Shown here: piece by piece, positions 24,245 to 34,459 of the stretch
Numbering within the stretch: position 1 is the first letter of the stretch
How the letters are laid out: every line of letters begins with the position of its first letter
Assembly: GCA_963815195.1 (NCBI GenBank)
Contig: CAWFGE010000006.1
Span: forward strand, 32,001-96,000
Length of the DNA stretch: 64,000 bases
Source: an uncultured Planctomycetaceae bacterium
Lineage (GTDB): Bacteria; Planctomycetota; Planctomycetia; Planctomycetales; Planctomycetaceae
Direction of reading: 5' to 3'
Program-made: the position numbers and the translations under genes
The notes under the pieces: generated by a model
Seen by the model: the letters and a program-made list of their open reading frames with translations, nothing else
What the model was told of the DNA's origin: nothing
The model's database searches: none

Positions 24245-25180
24245 ATGCACTCCGCCCAAAATGATGACCGATCCACCAACCGTCGGCAATTCCTCGCCGC
24301 CACGTCTTCCGCCGCCCTCGCCGCGGCCGCGATGTCTTTGCCCACTCAAGCAGTAGAGAAACCGCAAACGCCCCGGCTGAAAAAGGCCGTCAAGCTGGGC
24401 ATGGTCCGCGGGAACCTGTCGCTTCTCGAAAAGTTCAAACTGCTCAAAGAACTGGGCTTCGACGGCGTGGAAGGCGACAGCCCCAACAACCTCGATCCCA
24501 AGGAGGTTCTGAACGCCCGCGACAAAGCCGACCTGCCGATCCACGGCGTCGTGGATTCCGTGCATTGGCGGCAAACGCTTTCGCATCCCGATCCCGAGGT
24601 TCGAGCCAAAGGTTTGGAGGGCCTCAAAACCGCGCTCCGCGATGCCAAGACCTACGGGGCGACCTCGGTGCTGTTGGTGCCCGCCGTGGTCAATAAAGAG
24701 GTCTCCTACAAACAGGCCTACGAGCGTTCGCAGGCGGAGATCAAAAAAGCCCTGCCGTTGGCCGAGGAACTGAACATTCGGATCTTGTTCGAGAACGTCT
24801 GGAACAATTTTCTCTTAAGCCCGCTGGAGATGGCCCGCTACATCGATGAGTTCGACAGCCCGCTCGTCGGGTCCTATTTCGACGTGGGCAACGTCGTCAG
24901 GTTCGGCTGGCCGGAGCATTGGATCGAAGCCCTCGGCCACCGCATCGGCAAGCTGGACATCAAGGAATACAGCCGCAAGCTGCAAAACACCAAAGGCCCC
25001 GGAGCGGGTTTCGGCGTCAAGATCGGCGAAGGCGATTGCGACTGGCCCGCCGTGATGCGCGCCTTGGAAAACATCAAATACCGAGGCTGGGCCACCGCCG
25101 AGGTCCCAGGCGGCGGCCGCGACCGCCTGAAAGAAATCGCCGAGCGGATGGACAAAGCCTTCGGCGGATACGGCAAGTAA
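24245..25180 (+). CDS. Tat-exported sugar-phosphate isomerase/epimerase (xylose isomerase-like TIM barrel)
   Basis: NRRQFL Tat motif; ENVWN, YFDVGN, DIKE, TAEV. Confidence 0.88.
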   Translation: MHSAQNDDRSTNRRQFLAATSSAALAAAAMSLPTQAVEKPQTPRLKKAVKLGMVRGNLSLLEKFKLLKELGFDGVEGDSPNNLDPKEVLNARDKADLPIHGVVDSVHWRQTLSHPDPEVRAKGLEGLKTALRDAKTYGATSVLLVPAVVNKEVSYKQAYERSQAEIKKALPLAEELNIRILFENVWNNFLLSPLEMARYIDEFDSPLVGSYFDVGNVVRFGWPEHWIEALGHRIGKLDIKEYSRKLQNTKGPGAGFGVKIGEGDCDWPAVMRALENIKYRGWATAEVPGGGRDRLKEIAERMDKAFGGYGK

Positions 25181-25302
25181 GTAAGACCTGTTTTTCCGAC
25201 CGAATGCGGTCAGATGAGGCTTCGATGGCCGGCAAAGCCAGTCCCACTTGAACTGAATTCTGCCTATCTTTGGTGGAAAGAATGGGTTGGAGCAATCCTG
25301 CG

Positions 25303-25956
25303 ATGCCAAAGAAATTGACGATTAGGGCACTCCAGCAGGAGGCAGGCGCATTCGCGGCGGTTGAGTCGTCACATCCTGAACCTTCATTATATGGAGTTAC
25401 GGACGGAAAAGCGGTCGGCACGTATTTTGAGCAAAAATTCCAAGCCTATCTAAAGCAGAAGTACAAATATGAGCAAGGAAGTTCCGCACGAGGCATCGAC
25501 TTTCCGGGTTTGGAAGTTGACGTGAAAGTCACGAGCATCACCCAGCCGCAATCGTCTTGCCTGTTCAAATCCGCTCGGCAGAAGATTTTCGGGTTGGGTT
25601 ACCATTTGCTGGTCTTTGTGTACGAGAAAACCGACGACCCGGCCACCACCACCGGAAGATTGGACATCAAGCACACGATCTTCGTCGAGAAGCAACGCAC
25701 CGCTGATTATCAAACCACGCGCGGTATTCGGGAGATTTTGGACCGTGATGGAAATGCCGACGATTTGATCGCATTTTTCCACGATCACAATTTGCCGGTC
25801 GATGACATTCAGGCGCGCGAGATTGCGGAAGAACTGCTCCAGTCGCCGCCGGAATTGGGGTTTCTTACAATTTCCAATGCCTTGCAATGGCGATTGCAAT
25901 ACGGACGTGTTATTACAGAAGCCGGCAAGGTGGATGGCATTCTTCCCATACCGTGA
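25303..25956 (+). CDS. Type II restriction endonuclease (recalled as NspV-like; specificity unverified)
   Basis: GVTDGKAVGTY, GIDFP...VDVKVTS (PD-(D/E)xK-like); directly upstream of a DNA methyltransferase. Confidence 0.75.
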   Translation: MPKKLTIRALQQEAGAFAAVESSHPEPSLYGVTDGKAVGTYFEQKFQAYLKQKYKYEQGSSARGIDFPGLEVDVKVTSITQPQSSCLFKSARQKIFGLGYHLLVFVYEKTDDPATTTGRLDIKHTIFVEKQRTADYQTTRGIREILDRDGNADDLIAFFHDHNLPVDDIQAREIAEELLQSPPELGFLTISNALQWRLQYGRVITEAGKVDGILPIP

Positions 25957-25961
25957 TCTTT

Positions 25962-27443
25962 ATGACCCGCACGAAAACAAAACTCATCGCCGAGTTTGGC
26001 GATTTCCAGACGCCGCCCCCACTCGCGGAAGCGGTCTGTTCGCTCCTGGGCAAAAAGCAGGTCCGCCCCTTGACGGTGATCGAACCGACATGCGGCCGGG
26101 GAAATTTTCTAATTGCGGCCCAGAAAGAATTTCCAACCGCCCGGTTGATTGGTTTTGACATCAACGCGGATTATGTTCAAATCGCCCAACAACGATTGTC
26201 GGAGAGTTCCGTTTCGGTCGGAAATTTTTTTGATCTGGATTGGCGAAAACTATTGGACGACCTTTCCGAAGCATTCCTTCTCATTGGCAATCCCCCTTGG
26301 GTCACCAATTCGGAACTCGGCACTCTGGGAAGCAAGAATCTTCCGACTAAAAACAATTTTCAAAACTACCGCGGGCTGGATGCCCTCACCGGAAAAAGCA
26401 ATTTCGATATCTCGGAATGGATGTTATTGAAACTCATCGAATGGCTCTCCGGGCGAGAGGCCACTTTGGCGATGCTTTGCAAAACAGCCGTGGCTCGTAA
26501 GGTGCTCCTTCAAACGTGGAAGAGAAACATTCCCATCGGTTTGGCCGAGATCCATGCCATCGATGCGAACAAGCATTTCGCCGCCGCCGTCGATGCTTGC
26601 CTTTTGCTCTGCCGGTTTTCACCGAACGAGCACGAGAAACTTTGCCGGGTTTATCAATCGCTCGGCTCAATGCCCAAGGGAACGTTAGGCTATCACGAAG
26701 GCCGGCTGTTGGCGGACATCCGGGCTTATGATGGGCTAAAACATCTCGAAGGCGAGAGCCTTTACCGCTGGCGCTCCGGGGTGAAGCACGATTGCCGAAA
26801 CGTGATGGAGTTTCAAAAGAAGGATGGCCGGCTCATCAATGGTTTTGGCGAGGCGGTCGATCTAGAAGAACGTTATCTGTTTCCGATGCTCAAAAGTTCG
26901 GAACTGGCCAATGGAAAAACGGACAGCCCGCAGCGGTGGATGCTGGTCACGCAGAGGTTGGTGGGCGAAGAGACAAAAGGCATCGAACACGAAGCTCCGA
27001 AAACGTGGAAGTATCTCAATTCTCATGCCGAATTGCTCGATGGGCGAAAAAGCACCATCTATCGAAGCCGGCCGCGTTTCTCCGTGTTCGGCGTCGGCAA
27101 ATACACCTTCGCTTCTTGGAAAGTCGCCATCTCCGGGTTTTACAAACGTCTGGCGTTCACGAAAGTCGGCTCGTTTCAAGACAAACCGATCCTTCTGGAC
27201 GATACGGCTTACTTTGTGGATTGTCACTCGGAATTCGAAGCAGACCTGGTTTGCTCTCTGCTCAATTCAGACCTCGCAAGGCGCTTTTATTCAGCTTTTA
27301 TTTTTTGGGATGCCAAACGCCCCATTACGGTTTCGACGCTCAATCTGCTGGACATTCGAAAGCTGGCCGAGACTCAAGACCGGTTCGAAGAACTCAAAGC
27401 CTGCCGCGCGGATTTGTTCCAAGGCCAGTTGAGCTTGTTTTAA
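25962..27443 (+). CDS. N6-adenine DNA methyltransferase (gamma order), cognate to the upstream endonuclease
   Basis: FGDFQTP, IEPTCGRGNF (motif I), IGNPPW (motif IV), followed by a C-terminal recognition region. Confidence 0.9.
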   Translation: MTRTKTKLIAEFGDFQTPPPLAEAVCSLLGKKQVRPLTVIEPTCGRGNFLIAAQKEFPTARLIGFDINADYVQIAQQRLSESSVSVGNFFDLDWRKLLDDLSEAFLLIGNPPWVTNSELGTLGSKNLPTKNNFQNYRGLDALTGKSNFDISEWMLLKLIEWLSGREATLAMLCKTAVARKVLLQTWKRNIPIGLAEIHAIDANKHFAAAVDACLLLCRFSPNEHEKLCRVYQSLGSMPKGTLGYHEGRLLADIRAYDGLKHLEGESLYRWRSGVKHDCRNVMEFQKKDGRLINGFGEAVDLEERYLFPMLKSSELANGKTDSPQRWMLVTQRLVGEETKGIEHEAPKTWKYLNSHAELLDGRKSTIYRSRPRFSVFGVGKYTFASWKVAISGFYKRLAFTKVGSFQDKPILLDDTAYFVDCHSEFEADLVCSLLNSDLARRFYSAFIFWDAKRPITVSTLNLLDIRKLAETQDRFEELKACRADLFQGQLSLF

Positions 27444-27458
27444 CTCTCGTGGGGTGCG

Positions 27459-28121
27459 TTAAACGCCGCCCCAGCGCACCTTCTCGACGCCTTCCTCCAG
27501 CCAGGACATATACCAACCCGAGAACGTCTGCTGACCTCCCAACTCATCAACGACCGGCAGAATGCCTCGGCCATCTGCTCGATAATCGTTCCATACAAAT
27601 CCCTTTTGTTCGCCGTTGACGATGAGCCACTGCCGAAGGGCGCAACCCATGTGGCAGATCGGAATGGCTCCGTTCATGATCGCCGGGTTCCAGTATTGCT
27701 CCTGCTCCACATTGTCCCACGCATCCCAGAGTCGCTGTTCCTCGTCAGCGGGAAGACCCGGAGGGATGTCAGGCTCCTGTTCCCAGAACGACTTCGGCAG
27801 ATTCCACGCCGCGACATGCGAAAACGGCTGGGAAACGTCTCCAATCAGACCACTTTCTTCCCACAGCCCGTCATCGTCATGTCCGAATGGGAAAAGGCCG
27901 TAGTACGGCCCTGCGCCGCCATTGCCGATCTCCGTCACGAAACAGCGATAGTCGTCGGGAATCGTGATTCCATATCGAGCCTCAAATTCGTCGATGACGG
28001 AAGAGGGAAGTGGAGAATTCAGGTCGTAACGGTGCGCCGCAGAGCCGAAGACGCGGTGTTTGCGGTCCTTTCGCTTCAAGTCCGACAGAAGACGAACGAC
28101 GGTCGCATTCTCGAGATTCAT
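27459..28121 (-). CDS. SMI1/KNR4 (SUKH) family immunity-like protein
   Basis: IDEFEARYGITIPDDYRCFVTEIGNGGAGPYYG; ICHMGC...LIVNGEQKGFVW. Confidence 0.85.
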   Translation of the reverse strand: MNLENATVVRLLSDLKRKDRKHRVFGSAAHRYDLNSPLPSSVIDEFEARYGITIPDDYRCFVTEIGNGGAGPYYGLFPFGHDDDGLWEESGLIGDVSQPFSHVAAWNLPKSFWEQEPDIPPGLPADEEQRLWDAWDNVEQEQYWNPAIMNGAIPICHMGCALRQWLIVNGEQKGFVWNDYRADGRGILPVVDELGGQQTFSGWYMSWLEEGVEKVRWGGV

Positions 28122-28321
28122 GTTAATAGGTTCCGTCGGCTGGACAAAGAAACTTGAAGGAAAAATTCAATCCCGAAGCCACCATTCAATGACTGAGTTA
28201 ACAACCAAGGAGCGAAAGCGCTCGACCAACAGGTTCTAAGCAATCAAGATGAGAAGCAGCGAGATCACACTTCCCGCAAGCAACACAAAGAGGTTGCAGA
28301 TTTCGCACAGCAGTCGGGAGT

Positions 28322-28642
28322 TTATTCGCTTTCAGCGAAATGTTTGCGAATGATGCTGGCCAGTTCGACGAAACTCACGTTATGAAACGAACCTGCGTCT
28401 TGATAGATCTGGTCTTCTTCACCGGGTAGCGGAGGAAGTTCCAACTCGACATCATAAATACATTCAGGTTGATTGGAGACGCTGATATATACCAAGACTC
28501 CATGATTGGAAGGTTTTCCAATTCCAATTGCATCGAGGTCCGCGTCCCAATGATCGACAATATCAAAGGCATCATGCCCCAGATATTTTTGGAGACGATC
28601 GATAACTTCATATATCAACGGATTTTTTTCTGAAGACAGCAT
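28322..28642 (-). CDS. Small low-GC hypothetical protein (possible orphan immunity protein)
   Basis: ATG 28642 gives MLSSEKNPLIYEVIDRL...IVDHWDADLDAIG; visibly more AT-rich than the neighbouring sigma factor gene. Confidence 0.6.
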   Translation of the reverse strand: MLSSEKNPLIYEVIDRLQKYLGHDAFDIVDHWDADLDAIGIGKPSNHGVLVYISVSNQPECIYDVELELPPLPGEEDQIYQDAGSFHNVSFVELASIIRKHFAESE

Positions 28643-28658
28643 GTCAATACGACTTCCG

Positions 28659-29299
28659 TTAGCTTTCCGACGCCTCTCCCAAGATTGCGCCAGCTTTTTC
28701 AAAGCCCGCAGGTGCCGCATGCCGGCGGCGGCGGGGGTGATGTTTAATGCGGTGGCGACTTCGCTGTTGCCCAGGTGTTCGTAGTGCCGCATGAGGAGGA
28801 TGTCGCGGTCGTCTTCGTCGAGCTCGGCGAGGGCGGCGAGGAACCGCTGTTCGAGTTCTTTGCGGATATTGAGGGCGGCGGGGGTCAGCTCGCCGTCGGG
28901 CAGTTGGCCGGCCCAATCGAAGCCCGAGGCGTCGGGACCGGGCGGGGCCTGCAAAGGATTCTCCCGGTCCACGCTGCGGCGCTGGGCGGCGCGATGCCTG
29001 CGGTGCATGTCGATCATGCGGTCTTTGGCGAGCTGGCGGAGCCAGAGATGGAACGGCAGCGACGGTTGTTTGATGTAATCCTCGAGCCGCCGGCTGGCTT
29101 CCCAGAGCACGTCCTGCACCACGTCGCTCGCATCCACGCGGCCGGCGATCGCCCGGTCCATCCGCATGTTGACCATCTGCCTAAGCGATTCGCGGTGCCG
29201 GTCCATCAAGTTGTTGATGGCCGCGGCATCGCCTTCCTCGGCCCGGCGGAGCAGTTCCTGCGTTTCTTGAGAATCCGGCCACATGGCATGGGCTGACAT
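28659..29299 (-). CDS. ECF sigma-70 factor, planctomycete type (apparent frameshift near 28690)
   Basis: RVDASDVVQD, HRAAQRRSVDRE, LDEDDRDILLMRHYEHLGNSEVA...MRHLRALKKL; the natural end ...AILGEASES* lies in the shifted frame. Confidence 0.9.
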
Positions 29300-29328
29300 C
29301 AATAGAGGAAAGCGATTTCAAAAACGGC

Positions 29329-29401
29329 TGAGCCGCGCACGAAGTCAGCGGTGTTGCGATCTTTGAATCGTTAAAGAACCGCTGACTTCGTGCGCGGCTC
29401 A
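29329..29401. repeat. REP-like inverted pair, family B
   Basis: GAGCCGCGCACGAAGTCAGCGG ... CCGCTGACTTCGTGCGCGGCTC; the same unit occurs three times at 41529..41641. Confidence 0.85.
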
Positions 29402-29494
29402 AGAAAACCGGTTCGATTATACGGTCGCGAAACGCTCCGTGCAGCGCAAATCTTTGACGGGCGTATGGAACCGCCGCTATCAGCGATCGGCGCT

Positions 29495-29982
29495 TCACAA
29501 TTCCTTCGGCCGCCAGAGGTGGAGGAGTTGGCCATTTGTGTTGAGGCGGAGGTCGTGCCAGTGTTCGATCGGCAGTTCCACTTCGGCGAGGGCCGCGGTG
29601 GAGAGGTGCTGGACTTCGCCGGTGAGTTTTGCGAGCAGATCCTCAAGGCCGGGGTTGTGGCCGACAGCCAGTACGCGGTTTGCGGCATCGGGGACTTGCT
29701 TGAGGGCGTGGAGGTAATTCTCGGGATCCCCCAGGTACAGTTCCGGCGGAAACTCGATGTCGCCGCGAAAGCCGGCTTCTTCCATCGCGGCTTCCGCGGT
29801 CGTTCGCGGCGGAGGGCCGGAGACGAGAGCACGGCATCGGGCTGCAGATCTTGCTCCGAGATCAACCGGCCCATCCGCGGAGCGTCCTGTTGGCCGCGCT
29901 TGTTGAGCGGCCGGTCGTAGTCGGCGAGCGTCTCGTCTTTCCAACTCGATTTGGCGTGCCTCAACAGGAGCAGCGTTTTCAT
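29495..29982 (-). CDS. sixA: Phosphohistidine phosphatase, SixA-like (apparent frameshift near 29812)
   Basis: LLLLRHAKS, DYDRPLNKRG, LSSPA, then VLAVGHNPGL in the shifted frame. Confidence 0.85.
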
Positions 29983-30174
29983 GGAACGAGTCCGGCGATT
30001 GGAGTTTGCGGGTTGTGCGGATTTTGGGGACGCTTTCTTTTCGGGAGGCTTTGGGGCGTCGGCGGTGACGATATTTCCGATAACACCGCCATCAACCGGT
30101 TTGATGGATCCGCACATTCGAGCGGGGGGCCACGGAGGTTCCCCTCGGGCAACTTCTACAGGGATGAATCGGTT

Positions 30175-30699
30175 ATGTCCAGTCGTTTGACAGGATTGTA
30201 TTTGAGCGTTTGGGTTGCGGGCTTTTGTGCGCTGGCCAATCCCGCGAAGGCGGGGGACCTCTGGTGCAGACTTCGCAACTCCTGCGAATCGTGCAAGTGC
30301 GAAACACCTCATAAGATTTTCGGGAACAAAGCCGAGATCGATCCCCGCGAAACTTGCCCGCTCACGCTCGAAGAGCGATTCCAGCGGGCGGGGAATCCCT
30401 TGTGCCTTTCGCCGCTGGCCGACTGGTCGAACACCGTGCAGGATTGGGGCTATTCTGTGGGCGGCGGCAATCCGTTCACGTGCTGCGGCCGATGCCTGGC
30501 GGGCGAACGGCGGTTCACGAGTTGCGAAGGGACCTGGGGTTGGGATTACGTGCCCTGCTGGTCTCGCGTCAGGCTTCGCTGGTGGCATGGCCGCAGGTAT
30601 CAGGACGGCGAAGGCCAATACGAAGCCAATGGGGTGGTGGAACCCTTCAGCCCGACCCACGGCCCCAAGGGAATCATCATGAACGGGCTGATTCATTAA
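30175..30699 (+). CDS. Secreted Cys/Trp-rich hypothetical protein
   Basis: Signal peptide; RAGNP, GYSVGGG, GTWGWDY, GRRYQDGEGQYE motifs seen in planctomycete hypotheticals. Confidence 0.65.
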   Translation: MSSRLTGLYLSVWVAGFCALANPAKAGDLWCRLRNSCESCKCETPHKIFGNKAEIDPRETCPLTLEERFQRAGNPLCLSPLADWSNTVQDWGYSVGGGNPFTCCGRCLAGERRFTSCEGTWGWDYVPCWSRVRLRWWHGRRYQDGEGQYEANGVVEPFSPTHGPKGIIMNGLIH

Positions 30700-30984
30700 A
30701 AACGCCCGGCAAACGGTGGCGCGCACAAAGGCGGCCCAGAGATTCCTGTCTGTGCGCTATATCTGTGCCCATTCACCGAGGGCGATTATTGCGGCGTTCG
30801 AGGCGGAGCCAATCGCTCCGCAGCGTCGATGAGGCATTCGGCTCGGGGATTGAATCTTTTTCAAACGCCGGCGGGCTAGGTTTCGGTCGAGACGCAGGCC
30901 GTGCGCAGGCGGCCCGGCCGCGGTCGATCAGCCAAGCCCCGCCCGCAATCACGATCACGATCAGCAGAAGATCAAACACCCAGG

Positions 30985-31635
30985 TTATTCCATCGATTCT
31001 TTGCGCTGCTCTTCGTCAAACTCGTAGGCTTCGTAGGCTTCTGCCAACGGCGTCTCGGCCTGGAGCATCTTGCGGCATTTGAGCATGTTGCCCGACATCG
31101 CTTTGTACGCGGCCTGCGTGCCCTGCGACGTTTTGGCCATCTGCAGAGCAAAGCCCGCACTCATCCCCAAACCGCCGGCTTCGGCGAACGCGTCCACGTC
31201 GGCCCCCAGGTACAAAAACTTCCAGCCGCGCGTGGTTTCGTATTCGCGGATCATCTGTTGAATCTGCTCGCGGCGATACTCCCGACTCGCGTTCTCCTGG
31301 CCGTCGGTGATAATCATCACCACCACCTGATCGGGCCGGCCGTCTTTTAATCGCTCGGCAACGTGCGCGATGGAAAGCCCGACGGCATCGAGCAGAGGCG
31401 TCCCGCCGCGGGGGATCAGTTTGAGGTCCTTCGCCTCGGCAATCGCCACGCCGTCGTACAGGATTTCGCAAGGCTGGACCGTGTCGAATTGGATCAGCGT
31501 AAACCGCACGTCGCCGGGGAGTTGCTGCTGGTCTTCGACAAAACTCTTGAGGCCGCCTTCGTGGTCGTCCTTGCCGTGCTGCATCGAGCCGCTGCGGTCC
31601 AAGAGCACCACAATTTCCGTGTAATCGTGTTTCAT
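30985..31635 (-). CDS. Stand-alone vWA domain protein
   Basis: MIDAS motifs LLDRSGSM, GGTPLLDAVG, IITDGQENAS. Confidence 0.9.
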   Translation of the reverse strand: MKHDYTEIVVLLDRSGSMQHGKDDHEGGLKSFVEDQQQLPGDVRFTLIQFDTVQPCEILYDGVAIAEAKDLKLIPRGGTPLLDAVGLSIAHVAERLKDGRPDQVVVMIITDGQENASREYRREQIQQMIREYETTRGWKFLYLGADVDAFAEAGGLGMSAGFALQMAKTSQGTQAAYKAMSGNMLKCRKMLQAETPLAEAYEAYEFDEEQRKESME

Positions 31636-31787
31636 GCGAATCTCCCTTCGTTCGATGTCTCGCGGTTGAGGTGGGGCGTTTTATCTATTTACGGTGGCAG
31701 ATACCGTTTTTTTCAGCCATCGCACAAAAACATCGCCAAACTGCCCGATCAGGCGACACGCGATCGAAAACCAAAAACGGAACCCAT

Positions 31788-32678
31788 CTACGTTTCTTCT
31801 TGTTTGGCATCGTCCCGCAAACGGCGGTGGGAGCCTTGGGCCTTTGTCAGAGATTCCAGCACGTCTAACGAAAGCTCTTCCTGCCGGGTCCCCACGCGGA
31901 GGGCTTCGATGACGCGTTCGTATTGGCGATTCAGATTCTTCTGGTAGTCTTCATCGTCTTTCGAAACCTTGGCATCGACCGCGTAGCGGATGAACTGGTT
32001 GACGGCGGCGTTGATTCGATTGCTCAACAGAATCGACCGCCGGCCGTTCAAATGGTTCAAGGCGTCCAGCGACATCTGGCATTTTTCGAAATTGCCTTCG
32101 CGGGCCGCGGTGAGAAAATCATCTATCCTCAGGGCGATCTCGATGCACAACTCCAATCGCTTCGGCCACAGCGAGGCGGCATAAGGGTTGAACATCCCCA
32201 ACCGAAACAGCAGCCAACCGACGAACAAGAACCCCGCAACAAGAATCACTGCCGCCGTGATCAAATCCAGACTGCTCGCTTCCGATTGAATCACGAGGGG
32301 CGTGTCGTTCCCGGACGGCGGTGCGGAGAATCCGGGGGATGATTTGCGGCGAGGCGGCGTCACGGACGGGCCGCGCGCTTGTGGGCCGCCTTGTCCATTG
32401 GGGCCGGGTTCCTGAGGCAGAATCCGTCCGGGACGTTCGGTGCTCCCCGATTCGGACGGGAAGGGATCGAACGGCAGCGGACCATTGGGGCCCGTCCGTT
32501 CCCCGCTGCCCGATTCCGCGTGCGGAAGCCGAAAAGGAATTGGCAGGCTAAAGGGCCGCGGCCGCTCGGCGCTGCCCGATTCTTGAGCGGCGGCGGTTCG
32601 CGGGCCTTCGCTGACCGGGGATTCCAAGAAAACACCTGCGAATCCCAAGCCGATCATCAACCAAAGAGCGCGGTTCAC
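31788..32678 (-). CDS. Hypothetical membrane protein with a Pro-rich extracytoplasmic region
   Basis: Signal-like N-terminus, ESGS-repeat Pro-rich linker, one TM helix, helical C-terminus. Confidence 0.55.
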   Translation of the reverse strand: MNRALWLMIGLGFAGVFLESPVSEGPRTAAAQESGSAERPRPFSLPIPFRLPHAESGSGERTGPNGPLPFDPFPSESGSTERPGRILPQEPGPNGQGGPQARGPSVTPPRRKSSPGFSAPPSGNDTPLVIQSEASSLDLITAAVILVAGFLFVGWLLFRLGMFNPYAASLWPKRLELCIEIALRIDDFLTAAREGNFEKCQMSLDALNHLNGRRSILLSNRINAAVNQFIRYAVDAKVSKDDEDYQKNLNRQYERVIEALRVGTRQEELSLDVLESLTKAQGSHRRLRDDAKQEET

Positions 32679-32855
32679 GGTCTTTTTGCCTTTCGTCTCG
32701 CGCCGAAGAGACTGGTTCCCATCATCCAATGTAGCGGATTTCGGAAGCCGGGACCAAATTGTTTTTGCCGAGTTTTGACCGGCGGCGATTTTGAACCGGC
32801 CGAAAATCCGCGGCCCAAACATCCGAAAGGTCGCATGACGCCGCTATTATTTGCG

Positions 32856-33989
32856 CTAGGCCCGCGACGAAAACCGAAACGGTTCGGTCGTGATTTCATA
32901 ACCGGGGCGGAGGCCGATGTTGAGGAGCAGGCCCAACGCGAGACAGGTGGCGAGGAGGCTCGAACCGCCGTAGCTCATCAAAGGCAGCGTCAAACCGGTG
33001 ATGGGCATCAGTCCCACGGTCATGCCGGTGTTGATGATGGTTTGAGCCGCCAGGAGCGCGATGATCCCGACCGCGAGCAACCGGCCGAAGGGTTCGCGCG
33101 TGGCAGAGGCGATTAAGAGGCCTCGGACGAAGAGCGCGGCATACAGCCCGATCGCCAACAGCGTCCCGCCCAGGCCCCAGCGTTCGCCGATGAGGCAGAA
33201 GATAAAATCCGTCCGCCCGGCGGGAAGGTGGTAGGCAAACGGGTCGTTCATCGTCATCCCGGCCCATTCACTGCCCCACACGCCGCCGAAGGCCAGCACC
33301 TGTTTCGATTGATGCAGATGATAGCCGTCGCCTCGCGGCGCGGGGCCGCCGTCTTCTTGGGTGAAGAGCGTGACGACCCGCGATTTCTGCTCGGCACTCA
33401 TCCCCCACCAAAGCGCCGGCAAACACAGGGCGCCCAACAAACACACCGCCGCCAAATGCCGAGGCCGGGCCCCCGCGGCGAACAGCATCGCGAACAAGAT
33501 CGGAAAGAACACCAGCGACGTGCCCAGATCCGGCTCGCGGAGAATCAAACCCACCGGGACCAGCGTCAACAAAAACGGCACCAACAGGCCGAACCAGCGG
33601 CGGTAATTGCGGCGGTACATCAGATAATCCGCCAGCGTCAATATGTACGCGAGCTTCGCGAGTTCCGAAGGCTGCAAATTCACCGGCCCCAAATAAATCC
33701 AGCGGTGCGAACCGTTCCGGGCCGGCAGGAAATACACCAACAGCAACAGCAGCAAGCTCAGGCCGAACATCGGCCAGGCAAAATATCTGAGCAACCGATA
33801 CGAAACCGCCGAACTCGCCAAAAGCACAGGCACCGCCAACAGCACCCACACCACCTGGCGATTAAAAAACCGCCCGCGTTCGGTCAGTTCATCGCCGCGG
33901 GCAATCCCCGAAAGGCCCAGGAGCATCAGTCCCAAGGCACAAACGAGAATCGTCCACGGAACGCGGCGCGTCCAATCCCGAATCCTCAA
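32856..33989 (-). CDS. rodA: SEDS-family peptidoglycan glycosyltransferase (RodA/FtsW)
   Basis: [41 protein letters not shown]. The choice of rodA over ftsW is tentative. Confidence 0.85.
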   Translation of the reverse strand: MRIRDWTRRVPWTILVCALGLMLLGLSGIARGDELTERGRFFNRQVVWVLLAVPVLLASSAVSYRLLRYFAWPMFGLSLLLLLLVYFLPARNGSHRWIYLGPVNLQPSELAKLAYILTLADYLMYRRNYRRWFGLLVPFLLTLVPVGLILREPDLGTSLVFFPILFAMLFAAGARPRHLAAVCLLGALCLPALWWGMSAEQKSRVVTLFTQEDGGPAPRGDGYHLHQSKQVLAFGGVWGSEWAGMTMNDPFAYHLPAGRTDFIFCLIGERWGLGGTLLAIGLYAALFVRGLLIASATREPFGRLLAVGIIALLAAQTIINTGMTVGLMPITGLTLPLMSYGGSSLLATCLALGLLLNIGLRPGYEITTEPFRFSSRA

Positions 33990-34034
33990 AAAGGATCCTC
34001 CTTCAATGAGGGCCTGTCCATAAGCCGCCTTTAG

Positions 34035-34099
34035 TGAGCGGCTGGGCGCTCGCCGCCGGCCTTTACACGAGGAATCGGCGGCGAGCGCCCAACCGCTCA
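34035..34099. repeat. Long GC-rich hairpin (REP-like)
   Basis: TGAGCGGCTGGGCGCTCGCCGCCG ... CGGCGGCGAGCGCCCAACCGCTCA. Confidence 0.7.
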
Positions 34100-34227
34100 G
34101 ATCTCTTTCACTCCGGCACCGTTATGTAATGGATTTCCCTATTTGAGGGAACACAGGTTTCGGCTTGGCGGGCAAAGTCCGCGACGGCGAGTTATGCTGC
34201 GGTCGTACCAAACCCGTTTTAACCGCG

Positions 34228-34387
34228 GGGGGGTGGCTGGGGCGCAAGAAATGTTCCAAGGAAAAAGGGGATTTGAGGCCTGGGGCGGTGTGAGATTTTT
34301 CTCGCCCGACCACAGCCCCAGCTTTCGCAATTCAAGCCCTCTTCAAAGGAGGATTGGTGCCCCAGCTACCCAACCGCTTACAGTTTG
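34228..34387 (+). repeat. ~155-bp MITE/REPIN-like element (copy 1)
   Basis: Terminal inverted repeats GGGTGGCTGGGGCGCA...TGCCCCAGCTACCC; a diverged reverse-complement copy lies at 55565..55722. Confidence 0.75.
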
Positions 34388-34459
34388 GGGCACCATGGAC
34401 CGAATCATGGGCGAAAGCCTCCTCTTAATTCTCCACTGTCAGTTTGAGTCGAAAGGAAT

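Noticed and set aside
28322..29302. Apparent ECF sigma factor with a novel C-terminal extension
   Set aside because: A 1-nt indel near 28690 joins the sigma factor to a separate AT-rich gene; the natural stop is at 28659.
30773..30979. 68-aa single-TM ORF downstream of the vWA gene
   Set aside because: Plausible small membrane protein but with no supporting motif or clear RBS; left uncalled.
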